Assembly: GCA_040954595.2 (NCBI GenBank)
Contig: CM082595.2
Span: 6,288,137 to 6,352,136, forward strand
Direction: 5' to 3'
Source: Balanoglossus misakiensis
Taxonomy: Eukaryota; Animalia; Hemichordata
DNA: 64,000 bases
Positions 12,101 through 25,700 of the stretch are shown here, in pieces. The number at the start of each line of letters is the position of its first letter. Positions within the stretch are counted from its first letter, which is position 1. Both the position numbers and the translations under genes were made by a program. The notes below the pieces were generated by a model. It worked only from the letters and a program-made list of their open reading frames with translations, made no database searches and was not told where the DNA came from.

Positions 12101-13656
12101 TACTCGTAGACATTTACGTTATACGCCCATTGTTACTCCAAAAAGCATGTGAGTGAAGTGAGTAGTAATCAACACACACATCTGTTCCTTGCATCATTGT
12201 TATTGTCGTTTGGTCTTTGTTGTTAGTATAGTCAATCAAAAACACTACCAAGTGGTGTGTTGATTTGTTTCAAAATTGCACACAGCACATCCTCAGTTGC
12301 AAAAGTGAATAGTGGGCTAGCATGTTAGACAATGAAACAGTTGGGGGTGTCATACAATGCATTACTTATAGGAAACTGCGTACCCTAAACAAATATTGTG
12401 CAGACGCACCAGTAATTCACAGTACTAATACGGAGGCAGCCATGAAAATGCAGTGATTTCCATCAACCAGGATGGGTAATTCAGTGCATAAGGACATAGT
12501 AATTGTCCATAGTTTTGCCATGCTTGAACTTGAAGCAAATCAAGCCCGATGTTAGTGTTTTATTGTTTCTCGCAGGTGCCTAATAGTAATAACTTTTTCA
12601 ACTGAAATAAAGAAATGCACGTCAAAGTAAATTTAGTAATTAAATGTATGTGAAGTAGCTCACATCTTTGGAATGGATCAATAGAATTGTACTATTACCG
12701 ATCCAGACTTATTGATGGAAGATAAACTTAAAAGAGTAAAAGTGAAATAAAAATCGCCCTACTTTTGAGTTGAGAACTTCCAGACAGCATAATGAATTAA
12801 TTTGCAAAACAGTGTCATGCTGCATTCATATCACTACCATCAATAACCGGTTTAACTGAAGGTTCCCCGACATAATTTTAATTCAACGGAAATCGACTGT
12901 TTTCCGATAGCGATTCATGGGGAAACAGACTGATTGTCTTGGCAACGGAAACAGGCAAACGAAAGTCCATACTGCATAGATTTCCCCCATTACTCTCCTA
13001 TATGTCAAACTTAACTCGGAAAGTGTCTGAGACTCAGTACCTACCAATAGGAAAGTGATTTCCGATTTCCCGTGATGCCCCGCGGGACACATCACGAAAA
13101 CTTTGGGAGCGATCGATGACAACGTCGCAAAATTGACATTTTGAAACTTGAGCTCCGTGGCATGTGGACTTTTTTCCGATTGATCGCGCAGCGTGGCCTA
13201 CAGGTGAGACGATCGAAGCGACAGTGTCTGCCAGTGGTGTGCGGAAAAGTGGTTTTGTTGTGTGGCTGGACTGGCCGTTTGATCAATTAGGGTCGATGAG
13301 TGACAGACTTCAACGTCGTCACGTCGTCGTAGGGCTCACTTGTCAGCTTCACAGCCAAGGGCCACTGCTGGCTGGCCCAGTTTCCTAAGAACCAGACTTC
13401 AGGCAGACACTGGCCCTTTCGAGCCACGACAGGTACATTTACGTATAAAAGTCTGCGTTCAGAAGGAAAGAGAATGTTGCACTCTACACTTGCCAATCAA
13501 AACCTATATTTTATTGAATTTTCTCACACTTGTCTGATAGTACATGTAAATATTTTTGAAGACACCATTTTGTGGTGGGTACATGATAGTATGCCGTGGC
13601 AATGCAGACGTTATACTTATATGTCAGTTGAGGGAAAATTGGTAAATGTGTTGAAC

Positions 13657-13749
13657 TTAAACCTTTCACCACCTTGAGATGGTCCAAATCCTTTGTCTTC
13701 TATGGTAAAGTTGGACCTCTACAGAGGAAACTGGAGATGAAAGTGTTAA
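13657..13749. mobile_element. Inverted copy of the piggyBac-like short MITE
   Basis: TTAA-bounded and contains TTCTATGGTAAAGTTGGACC, the reverse complement of the core at ~48100 and ~42397. Confidence 0.55.
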
Positions 13750-16700
13750 AGTTACCGGCTCTGCTTCGTTCAATATCTGTAGTTATGATGATGGCCAGTG
13801 ATGTGCCAGCATTTATAACATAACAGCAGCTGATATGAAATTGGTAGGCGCGTCGTCAAAAACAAGATATATAAATAGGATACGGTTCAAAGAGTCAGGT
13901 ATGACTACTGAACCTTTAGTCCCCCCTGGGGCTATGGGGTGTAGGGCACTCAACACTCAAAGAAGACCATTGTTCTCTTTGCAACACCCTAGCAATTGCC
14001 ATTTACGTCGGTTACTGCGATGTACAGGTACCTGTAAGTCTACACACGGCATCGCTTGCAAACACTCGACTTAGTAACTCGCTTCACCGCTTCCAATTGC
14101 CATATCTGTCGTCCGGTTACAAGCTCAGCTAGATTCTAGAAAAAATACATGTCTACCGCTGAAGATTTGATTAACTGCGTTTTTCTGTGAGAAGTCTCTC
14201 GGGAAGTCAGCAGCGAACAGGTGGCATACCATTGCACAATAGACTACAGTGTGGAAATACTCTGACCATGTCATCAACTTGTATCGTTCACGGCAGTGGT
14301 TATCTCCAGGTAACCGGGCGCCTTTATTATAGCAACGAAGGTATTCTTTTTCAACGGAGCGGACTTTGATTTAGTATTGGCACCCTTAAATAAAGCCCCC
14401 AAATTGTCGATTGGTTGACTCCCATGTGTACCTAGGTCTTTGTGACAGGTTAGGACTATATTATTTCGTGCAAGCGTGTAGGTGTGATCGATTTGTGGAG
14501 TGATCGCGGATAGGCTGCGATCAATTGAAGAAAAAAAAGGCTGGACGCCGGTCAGGTTTGTTTTTTCGATACGCCGATCAACCAGACTCCGATTCTCGTT
14601 AGCGTGACATTTGAACCGACGACAACGTTTGTGGAGCATACAAGTGCGAACTTTTAGTCAAGTTCAATGATTGGGTGCTGTGATTACCATGTAAGTAATA
14701 TGGGGTTTATTACATGTTATTGATTGGCTTCGGAATTTCTGTTCCGCTTGCTTGCCTGAATGCTTAGCGTGGAAGCGGTACGCGGACTGAATTTAGAGTG
14801 AGCCAGCCCAGTGGGGGTTTGACTATAGTACTGAGTCAAACATTTACTTGCTAGTACATGTAATCTGCAAGCTCAAATAGAGCTGTAATTTTAGCATAAT
14901 GTTCATTAATTAAGAATCTGTGCTCTACCGATATTAGTTTATGAATCATCGTACGACTGGCGTCGACATGTACGACCATAATCGTTCGTATCCGTTCCGA
15001 TAATCGCCATGAGTTAAAATGTCCCCATATTTACCCGAATCTAATTTAAATTCACCTGCCGTTTATCGAACTTCCGTTCTACCTGCTCACACATGATTAT
15101 TCTGAGCGGCACGACAAGTTGAAGTAAAAAGTTAATTGCATGTCGACTAGATAGAAGTAGACCAGTGGGCTTAATTAAGGTCATTTCGTTTGAGCGTCGT
15201 GAGTTGAAGGTCAAATCAGTGTAAATGGTTCGTTGGAACGGGGCACTTAAAGAACTGTTGACACAATACACATGCACCTGTTTTGACATTCAATATGTTG
15301 TCACGCAGGCTTTGCAAGTCGCTAGGTGGGATCTAGGGTCTATGGTAAGAAACTCCCTGTGGGGTTGTTACTTGTGAATCTGAGGCGTTTCAAAAAATCC
15401 AACTACATGTCAACATGGTTGAATAGAAATTGTGCATACAACGTCCTTTCCCCCCACTTTTAAGTTGAAACGAAAGCAACAGAACTACCTGGTCAATGAT
15501 TTGGCGTGACTGTACCGGTAACTGTGCTTTTGCGATTCAACTGTCATTGAATTACACTGAACACTATTTGAACTATTTTGTGATTATAAGATATCCAGAA
15601 ATGTCACATAAATAACCCAATTATTTTGAAATTGCTTGTTGTTCAGTGAAATTGTAGGATTGGATTTGTTTTCAAAAGTAATCGTGTAGACCAGTGAAAT
15701 TATATTTAAATTATACTTATTATCACAGTTTTCCAATCGCATTACTGGTACTCTTTTAAAGCCAAGTGAATATAATTGTGAATATCTAGAAACGTGCATT
15801 TCTGTTGAGGCTAGTTTTAGAATCAAATTACCATGTGCAGTGTTTGCCAAGGGTTAACAAAACGTATCAGTGGACATTCGAGTGAAGATAGCAAATTGTC
15901 TTTTATCTCAAGCCTCCACAGTCATCCTGGCTAAAGCCCTGCCCAAAGCTAGCAGGCGTATATTCATGTATGTATATTTTGATCTCAAATGTTCATTTTA
16001 ATACTAGCAAATTCTATAACTGACGGGCCATTTGTGCAGGACTTAATTATTTAATGCGTAGCCTCGCGCAAACAGCGATCGATGTCCCTTTACTGCAAGG
16101 AGTTTCAATCCACATAGAATATACAGTTCATGAAGGTTAACAGCCTATACCTAAAAGAATTCTTCGTTTGAAAGAGGTGTTTTCATAGGTCGCTACTTAA
16201 GTATTCACACTTCAAATCGCCCATTAGCCAATATAAACAAAGTGTCAGCTGTGAGCTTACGACTTCCAGTCGTTGAATTTTACTGGTACAACTAAATTTA
16301 ATAAGACAACTACATAGACTAGCAAATTATAGATAATTTAATAGTTAGTTTGCGGGAGTGATGTGTCTTTTATGTGGTTGGCTTAGGGGAAGGTCGAAGC
16401 TGGTCTTTGAATTCTGAAATGGACGACTTAAAAGCGATTTTGTCATTGGTTAAAAAAGCCACAGTGTAGTAAATGGTTTCAGAGAAAAATGAATGTCTAA
16501 ACTTAATTTAGAAATCTTCCGTGTTAGAAAACATTCCCCTTTTCACAAATTTGGGGCCTTAATTATGGGATTTCTGGCTTCAATATCAACGACTTTCTAG
16601 CATGTAAATTTCAACCAGACGTCGGGCTGCAATTTTGTGGCATTAAGTTTGTAAATTAGACTTAGTGAATAAGCAAGTGCAACAAAATGAACACAGTTCT

Positions 16701-17958
16701 ATTCTTCCAGTATCTCAACTTCGAATTCCTCCAAAAATATAGAACGCAGAGATAGAATTGGGGCAAAATTTTCTTCAAAGGACAAAAACACTAGTATACA
16801 CACCAAAATGACAGGCTAGGCGTGCCAAATTCGTCATGACAATGCGGCTGTCTTTGTGCAGTTGCACTTTTAAACGGGTTGTAAGATTAAGTACGTGTAG
16901 TTTTAGCTGTACAAACTATCCACAAACCAAATATTGACAGGTTCGTGCTCGAATGGAATTTGAGAACTGGTGCTTGAAATGACACACTTTAATGAACATG
17001 TTGGATAGTTTTATTTCAATATTTGCGAGCTTCTTGAAGTTCACCGAAGCGAATGGAGATACAAGTGGACAGCGTTTTCATCATCACGTTTTTCGCGTAT
17101 GTCTGAAATCTATACTCATTGTAAAGTTTGGCATTGTCTTGTGTCGTTTTTGTCATGGTGTATGTGTACGTGTTTAGTGCATTACTTTCGCCCCAGAAAG
17201 TGTACAAGGTCTTGAATCGTGCGACTTGATGTTTGGCCGAAACAGATTTTCGCCTGTCGGATCATACACTTTTTATCAATTCTTATTCTTGGTGCAGCTG
17301 TTTGTGATTGGAAGATCCACATAGTCACTAATGTTCTGAAAACTATGTGGGGTTTGTGAGTTTTCAAATAAAACGAACTGCCAACATTGTCCTTTTATTA
17401 TTCATTCTAAAATCAGAGCAGACAGTTGACTAATGTTGTGATTGATGTTTTCACAATCAGTGGACAGTGCACTGATAATTTGATACTCGATCGATAGTTT
17501 TCAATGTACGTTGTGAGGGCGAGAATTTGAGATCTTGACCTCTGACATCTGGTATCAGTTGACATGACTACCGGTTGGATACAATACAAACACTGGGGAA
17601 GTAAATCAAATAATTCTGCAGGTGTCTTTTGTCAAGATAAGTTACGCTAAAATGTGATTCGACCTGGAAAAATGTTGACGCTGTGATTTCAGTATTATAA
17701 ATATAACGTTGTGGTATACTCAAATACAATTTGAAATCATTTCAATGTTCAGTTGTGACGCAGTGCAGTTAGTATAGTTTCCATGTGATATGGTGTACAT
17801 ACAATCTTTGAACATTTTCCGTTGATAGGTGTCAGAGGATGGTGACTTTGCCATGGAAAACTGATCACGGTTTGGTCTTTAATTGAAGAGGAAGAAGAAT
17901 ATCGCGATCGGCAGCAAAAAATAGTTTTATCTGGTGAACGCTACTTTTTCTTGACACC

Positions 17959-19173
17959 ATGGCATTTGAACTGAATTTGTCGAAGTCGAAGATCAATCCC
18001 CAGACTTTGCCGACGACGAAAATCCGGTCGCTGTTCCCGATCAGCGAGAAGATCCGTCGGCGAGCTTTCGTGCTGAATTCGCAGGAACACCAGCGTCACG
18101 AGAAGTTCATGTCGCACGTCGACCTGCAGGAGAAACTGCAGGGTTTGAAATTTGGCCGTGTGAGGCGCAGTCTCCAGTCGGACATCGAGAACTACGAGGT
18201 CTACAAGAGGGCGCTATACAATATCGGCAGACGACAGATCGAGCTGGGATTGTTGAAGCCTTCCCCGGCCGTGCACAGCCCGGCGCGCGGAGCACCCAGG
18301 CGCCTTCCGCCAGTGTCGAAATCTCTGCCGGAGCACGCAATTGGCGAATCAGAAGAAGCTGATCGGAAGAAAAATGAAGAAAGCGAGAAGAAGGATAAAA
18401 GAAAAGAAATTAAGGGTAGTGGTGATAATAAAGATGAACGAAAAGAAATTAAAGGCAGTGGTGAGGATAAGAAAGAGAATGATATAACCAACAGCAGGGA
18501 TGGTTCGGGTATAATTATTGTAACTGCAGCAGAAATACAAGACCATACCTTTCCCGGCGACAAAACAATCAGAGATGAAAATGCAATGGAAAATGTGAGT
18601 GTTAGGGAAAAAGACGACTTGGACGGACAACTGATAGATGAAGTGAGGCAAGCAAACCTAAAACTTGAGGCCACAGCGAAGAAACGCAAGAAGGCCAAGA
18701 TGAAACTAACTGGAGATCGTTACTGTGATCGCAAAACACCCAAGGCTAACATGCTACCTCCCTATGGACTGTATGGCGGTAAGGTGTACCGGCATCTCAG
18801 CAAGGAGAGGCGAGACGCACACTTTGAACTCGACCCGACGGAAAGGCGAAAGCGGCAGGCCGGGGCGCTGCTGGCAACCGCGCAGGCGCAGAGCTCGGTG
18901 CTGATCGACAGGAAAATGCCCACCTCGGCCCTGCTCAGGAGTAGTCGGGATCTCCCGCTGAAAGCCAGACTTCGGCCGTCGGCGGCGCTGAAGTTGAAAC
19001 CAATCAAAGCAAAGATGCAGGCCATCCAGGCTTTCATGAAAGTGCGTGAAAACGCCCTCGTTCAAAAGGAAATTATTAAAGATACCGACAGGTTCGGTCG
19101 TGGCTTGGGACTTGTGAAACGAAAGGATGTAAAAGACGGCGCTTTCAAGACGAAAATTTGGGATGGAATCTGA
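17959..19173 (+). CDS. Uncharacterised 404-aa Lys/Arg/Glu-rich protein, single coding exon
   Basis: 1215-nt uninterrupted ORF in otherwise stop-rich DNA. Good Kozak context (CACCATGG) and GC-rich third codon positions in the N- and C-terminal thirds. Splice acceptor TTTTCCGTTGATAG at 17828 upstream and candidate AATAAA at 20102. No recognisable domain. Confidence 0.82.
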   Translation: MAFELNLSKSKINPQTLPTTKIRSLFPISEKIRRRAFVLNSQEHQRHEKFMSHVDLQEKLQGLKFGRVRRSLQSDIENYEVYKRALYNIGRRQIELGLLKPSPAVHSPARGAPRRLPPVSKSLPEHAIGESEEADRKKNEESEKKDKRKEIKGSGDNKDERKEIKGSGEDKKENDITNSRDGSGIIIVTAAEIQDHTFPGDKTIRDENAMENVSVREKDDLDGQLIDEVRQANLKLEATAKKRKKAKMKLTGDRYCDRKTPKANMLPPYGLYGGKVYRHLSKERRDAHFELDPTERRKRQAGALLATAQAQSSVLIDRKMPTSALLRSSRDLPLKARLRPSAALKLKPIKAKMQAIQAFMKVRENALVQKEIIKDTDRFGRGLGLVKRKDVKDGAFKTKIWDGI

Positions 19174-21139
19174 TCAAAGTCTGTTTTGCTTTATATAATC
19201 ATATATATAATCATATGCGTTTGTTCAGTTTTAAAATCCTTTATTCTTGTGAAAATGTTAAAACAATATTGTTCAGATTTACCCGTGATTGCCAGCATTT
19301 AAAAATGACATTTAGCACATCTCTGGTTTCCCCTTCAATATGTACAATCTGCGAAGACATTCAACAAAAATGCCCTAATGTTGTTCTTAGGGCGGTAGGT
19401 ATTTGAAATTTATAATAGCCCGAGCATCATTACAAAATATGATTTATAACCTGGCCATGGCTCACACTTAAACTTGAACATTTTAAATTGCTTGGTTTAA
19501 TTTCTCGGAAATACATTACTAGAAAGTCACACCGGGGCTTTGACAATTTTGTTTCGTCAAATGTTTTGCACGTTTTCTTCTTCGAGTGAGGTTTGTAATT
19601 GAATGATAAAAATGCATTTTCCTTACTGACGTCTGAATTTGTTTTGAAGGCCAGAACATTTGGGCAAAAGATAGGTTGCAACTTCAATGTCTTGAACTCT
19701 CACTGTTTCTAAGAAAGTATGTTAGATTCTTGATAATGCTGCTGTCCTTGGATTGCATTGTTCCACGTTGGTGACGTTTGTGCCCTATCGTTGATCGTCC
19801 AGACGTGTGACTGTCATAGGGCTTTGAGAGTGTGACGTCACAAGCATCAGATGTGACTTAGACCCATACCTTTTGCGTGGCTTTGTCAACGCCGGCATCT
19901 CGATTGTGATCGGGTACGTTAGAGCACATGAAAACACTTCCCGGTGTCTAACTAATCACTTTTCACACACGTCATGTAAATGTAACCTTTTGATGCAGTC
20001 GACCTTCAGCTCACAGATCAATCAAACTGACATTCATACCACATCAACTTTTAACAGCTGACGTGTTTACAGCTCATCTGCAAATCTTTCCTGAAAAATG
20101 CAATAAAATTAATGGGAGTTTACCACTGAAGGTCATGTATAAAATGTCACTGTTAACTGAATATTAGTAAATTCTTCCTTCATTCTTGTTACAGTGCACA
20201 AGTGTCGCGAGCCCTATATAAGAAAACATTTTCCGATGTCATTAATTTACACCTGGGCTTTAGGCAGCCTGGTCCTCTGTCCTACCTGTATGTCGATAGC
20301 TTTGATAACGCAGTCGCAGTATTGGTGAAGAAACCAGAGTGATATTTTTAGAGATAATTTGCACATTCAGATGGTGTTCATTTACTGTCTCTTGACGAAA
20401 GAAATAGGTGACAACCTTGCTAATTTTAGTCAAGTAATTGTAAATCCATTAAATAAATGAATATATAAGAAATGAATGAATGAAGTAATGAATGAATAAA
20501 TAGATACATATGTTAATTGAACGATGGGGGCGCTGTGTTTAGTCTGATATCCGTGCGAACAAATACTGAACTCGAGTTCTACAGTTTGAGCAGTGTTAAA
20601 TCTCTCTGAGAGTACCTCAATTCTGTACAATTTTTACTTTAATGTGTGCCTATATGGAATGGCATCTGTGAGACAGAAACTGAACAAAAAACAATATTTT
20701 GACAGGTGAATGCATTATTTTGGACCAAAACAATAACAAGGGCGCATTTTTACCAAGTTTAATATGAAGTTACTGTATTAGAAATTAGCATAAACTTGTT
20801 TGTGCCCCAGGCATTCTTAACGACATCTCATTTTCATGATTGTGTGTATTAAAAAGGTCAAGATGAAAATGGTTATTGATGGTATCATTTTCCATACCGA
20901 TGAGATGAATTTCTCTGTAAAGTAATTGCTTCTTTGTATGAGGATTATATTCTGCATGGCTTAGTTTTCGAAGTACACAAATGAATCGCTTCTTCACATT
21001 GAGATGGTGCAAGGCAAAATTCATTACCTGTGTTTGTACTGGTGGTACTACTTTAATATGCTTCTCAGATTCGCTTATCTCCATTTACGTTATTTTTCTT
21101 TTCTGTCTTGGTCTGTCTTCCATCCTGCCTGTTAAGCAG

Positions 21140-21360
21140 TACGTGTGTCTGTTTGCCTGTCTTTCTGTACATGCATGTCTCTCTGCCTCTGTCTGATACT
21201 TTCTGTCTCTGTGTATCTGACTGTTGTCGGTCTGTGTACTAGTTGTTTGTTTGTCTCTATAAGTCTGTGTGTCTCTCTATATCTGTCCGTCTGTCTGTCT
21301 GTGTGTGTCTGTCTGTCTTTCTATCTGTCTGTCTGTCCATCTGTCTGTCTGTGTCTCGTC
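21140..21360 (+). repeat. Degenerate (TCTG)n/(TG)n low-complexity tract
   Basis: Run of TCTG/TGTG units. It explains the spurious hydrophobic ORFs at 21145-21605. Confidence 0.85.
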
Positions 21361-22657
21361 ATCACACACAACCACACATCAATGAAACAGTTACTTTTAT
21401 TTGCCGTCTCTCTACTATATGCAACTACAGCATACAATCAGACCAAACCACCCCACCCACCTTCACTTTCCAATTATCCTTATATCAGATGATTGCTTGC
21501 TCACAGACAGACGTAGAACAGCTATCACTGTCTTTTTGTCGGACGTCTTATCTAAATATCCCCGCAAATTCTGACGCCATAAATCTCAAACTTGTTCTTA
21601 TCTGAGAAAATAAAGCCGTTACACATCAATTGATTGCGTTCTTTCAAGTGTTTCAAAGTGCCCACTCTGCCCGTTGTAGTTACACAACTCATCAGCCCAA
21701 TGGATTTCCTTTGAAATACAAGTACATAGCATATTTATTTATTCATTTATTTAGTAAACATGTGATAATTACTCAACCAAATTTGATGTGTTTTGGTAGC
21801 TTTTTTGCTGATAATTTGGTGTGGAATGCAGAATCTTAGCTCATTTGCATAATGGTATTTTTTTGCAATGTCTAAATATTTATAAATATAAGGTGACCAT
21901 TAAATCTTGGTCTTTTTTTGGTATCGGTTAAAAAGCAAGGCATCAGAATGTTATTTTTCATTACATTCAATGAAACTTCATATTCATGCATTTATCACAC
22001 TATGTTTAGGTCGCGTTAAAGTGTTCATTAATTGCAAGGAACGCTAATTAATGTTTTATGGCACTTAGCGTGTTAATAATAAAGAGGGTGTAAATAAAGA
22101 CTCTATATTGAAATGTCAGTAGAATTGATATTTGGTTTATGAAAATGTTACTTTGATTTTCGTTTGCTAGTTGGCGAGGGGGTTAGTTTCAAAAAATCAA
22201 TGATACTGATTTGTCAAACATCCTTTGGAAGCATTAGTTTCCATTTTCACCCGAGAGCAGTTTATTTCCGGGTAGCCCATCACAACCACGCATGCGTCAT
22301 CTTTATCGTCTAAATGTCGTGCTCAAATTATATTTAATATCATCGTAAAATCGATTATAATCACCTCCAGACTACACAAAGCGGTATAGTTCAGAGATGG
22401 AAATTCTAATAATTACACACCTGTCACCTGTAGGGCATTGTCCTGCAGGGGTTGAATATTGACAAATGGACGTCTTAGTTAGAATGTTCGATTCAGGGAA
22501 GAGATACGAAAAAGCACATAAAACTGTATGAGATAATATTCCTAAAGACCCAAGCAAAATTAATGTACATGTACTTTCTTTTTCTGTTTTACTATGTATG
22601 AAACCACTTTCCAAATATCTTAGATAGGCATAATGTATTTTGTGGCTATTGTATTGT

Positions 22658-22746
22658 GCCACCCACTGAAAATCAGCGATTGGCTAGATCTCAATTTACC
22701 ATGATGGTAACTGGCTAAATTTGCATAGGTGACCGTATACCTTTAA
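22658..22746. mobile_element. Right end of the same TTAA MITE family as 38102-38271
   Basis: CCACTGAAAATC..GATTGGCTAGATCTCAATTT..GATGGTAACTG..TTGCATAGGTGACCGTATACCTTTAA matches 38190-38271. Confidence 0.65.
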
Positions 22747-25700
22747 TGCATGGAGTGATAGAGAGAGCCTATTGCACATGTTTGAATTTGTAATTCCCAA
22801 AGCCGTCGACATTGAGACGATAGTCTTACAGAAACTAATTGTCTATTGGACCTCTAACTGTTAGAATTAGTCAAGTGGTGAATTTTGAACAGCAAATGTA
22901 AATGTTCTCTGATATGTTTAGTATCAAAAGAGGTTGAAAACTGCATCAATATGACTATTGTATTTTGGCTTTCATGTAATTACTTCAATGATATCTTCCA
23001 TTGGTACAAAAATAGGTAAAAATGACACCCCATACCTAATAAAGATTGTATTCGCAACTAATGTAGTGTCACAAAATGGACCTATGCCATTTAGGAAGAA
23101 ATTATTAATGGTTCAATCTGGCGATGTATAATTCGCCTGTAGAAACTTTCCCTACTCTATTCTACCTATAACATATTGAACAAACGACTACCTTTTTGTG
23201 GTCACTGACCTTGAACGTCGTCATGGTAACGTAGGAACTCCACATTCACTAACCAGGTGCGCCCGCGATCTCTCGTTTCAGGCACTTCGGGAATCGCCCC
23301 AATTTAGGCATTGTGTGCTCCCGATGGAAATGTTAAAGTGTCTGTGTGGTTTCTTGTCGGTTGAATACCGTGTGAAATAAGCACCACTTAGTATACATTG
23401 TAGAACATGTATCTACTGAATAAACCTTCTTTAGAAACGTGGAGATCGTTCTTTACTTTCTTGTGGTTCTAATTGCACACCCTACATTTTTGTATTTTGT
23501 TCAGTGCTACAGGAAATGCACTTCTAATAAGAGTTATTGTGACTTTCTCACTACAATACAGGCACATGGAATAATTTACCCAACTTTGAATCCATTCGGG
23601 TGATTTTTTATCATTAACGTCTTGTTACATTTAAACAATGTGTTATCTTGAAAAATAATAAAACATGTTTTATGAAAGTATATGGACCCCCATGTGACGA
23701 GAAGTCGGACTATATCAATCAAAATAATCGAAGAATGTGAATAATACCAAGTTATTTGTCGCCAGTTTCATTAGGACACCTTGGATCTAAGGCACCACTG
23801 TGTGATTTATTGTAAGAATAAGTGTTGTCGCTCAGAGTGGCAGCTATGGCGATATACGCACACAGCCATATATGTATTGAGGAAGTACATGTGAGCTCAT
23901 GAATTTCACTTTGTTTCCGAACAACCACCCACACACACCTACATTAAATTTGGCAGAGTCTTGAATTCATTCTTGATGTCTGTGTTTTAGATGGAGTAAA
24001 CAAAAGAATTTCAAAAGATCACGTGATCTTCCGTTTCATTGCGCTGCATATAAACAATTGGCACACTTCATGAAAACGTGATTTCGGGTAAATGACTTAC
24101 AAACAACTTATTGACTTTTTATAATGAAATCACCCTTTCAGAGTGGTGAATTGTGTTAAGGTCTCGTTAAAACCATTGACGAAGTCATCCCAAACGTCTT
24201 AAATTGTGCATGTAAGCTCTTCCTGTTCTAATATAGCTTCAGTGTGCTAATCCATCATTCAATATTTCATGAAAGGAGAAGTTGCACACAAATACTAAGA
24301 AGTGTAAACAATACTATGCATAGTTTTAATCTAAAAGCAGTAAGAGTATTGCTGACTCTTTATGTCTAAAACAAGTCGAAAACTCCATACGTGCCCATTG
24401 AGGTTGTATTACTTATGGGTATTAAGTGAGAGCGATAAGCCAATCGTTCATGGATGCATGTAAAAAAGGCTTAACATGGCATTTTCTTACTTGAATATAT
24501 TATCATTGATGGCCACAAAAAGATCTTGATTTCCTTCATCCTGCCATCTTTATCTTTGACTTTGTCCATCAAAGTGAGTTCGTTTGCTAATGCGTAGAAT
24601 TTCCTTTAAGAGCTGACAATGCCTCGGTAATCAGCATAAACCAACATATTGCCCAAAACCAAACTACGCAAATGCATAAAGTTGAAAGTTGATTACGCTG
24701 ACATTTTCACTGACGATACGGATCTCGGAGAGTTGATTGACCTTTCCTTTGGGAGGAGCCTTGTCGAAAAATCTTCCTTGGTAAAGTGTCTTTTGTGCCA
24801 CAATTTCCTATACACCCCCACTGATTCAGATTAAATCATGTTGAGAATTTATTGTTACTAGCATACTCTGACGGTAACATCTATAGGCGCAAAAATGAAA
24901 GGGTGTGCACTTAATTCGATTTGTTTGACAGCGTGACTCATTTGTCACCTATTACTTTACTTTGTCCGTCGCAATTGTATCGATTATTTTGTTTTGGCAG
25001 GGGATAAAAATCGAAATGCCGGCCTCCGTCTCGTGTTTTAGATTTCCAGTGCACGATGACAGGAGCAAATCAATGGAAATCTGGACACAAGGGCCACCTT
25101 CGTCTCTTGTTGTCAAGTAAACGACAGCATCTTGGATTTCAGTGAAACGTCTAAAAAATATCAGGTTGTTTCCTTGTGCCATTACTGATCCTCCATCTTT
25201 CATAATTTTGGCAATATTTCTGTGTTCACGCACGACTCTTTGTTTTCTGTGTCTGTAAATCTCAAGAACAGCTGAAAATCATAAGAACCTACCCACACAC
25301 CTATGTCCATTGTGAAGCACATGTAGTGTGAAATACGTAGTACATGCGTGGGTGTCGGTGTACGTTTGTCTGAGCACTCAAAGTGTTGTAAGATATCTAT
25401 ATTTGCCCGACCAAGCGAATTTATTAGATATGGGTCGACATAACCGTAGAATTCAGAGAAAGAGAGGTGAGGGGGACCAGGCGTGGGTTTGGACATGGCT
25501 CTACAGATACCAAATGGCATTATGCTAACCTTTGGTAAATGATTCAGGATCGATTGTCAGTGTTCGGGAAGGAGGTCATCTGAACATGAAACCGCACACT
25601 AGTTGACTGTTCGCCTTGTTACTGGGAGTTAAACATTTCCACCAAACTTTTACTAAATGAAGAAGACGCTTTACGAACTAGAGCTTGCAGCAATCATTTA

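Noticed and set aside
18107-19065. Several antisense ORFs up to 165 aa
   Set aside because: Shadows of the 404-aa plus-strand ORF.
21145-21605. Hydrophobic Cys/Leu/Ser/Val-rich ORFs resembling membrane proteins
   Set aside because: Arise from the (TCTG)n low-complexity tract.
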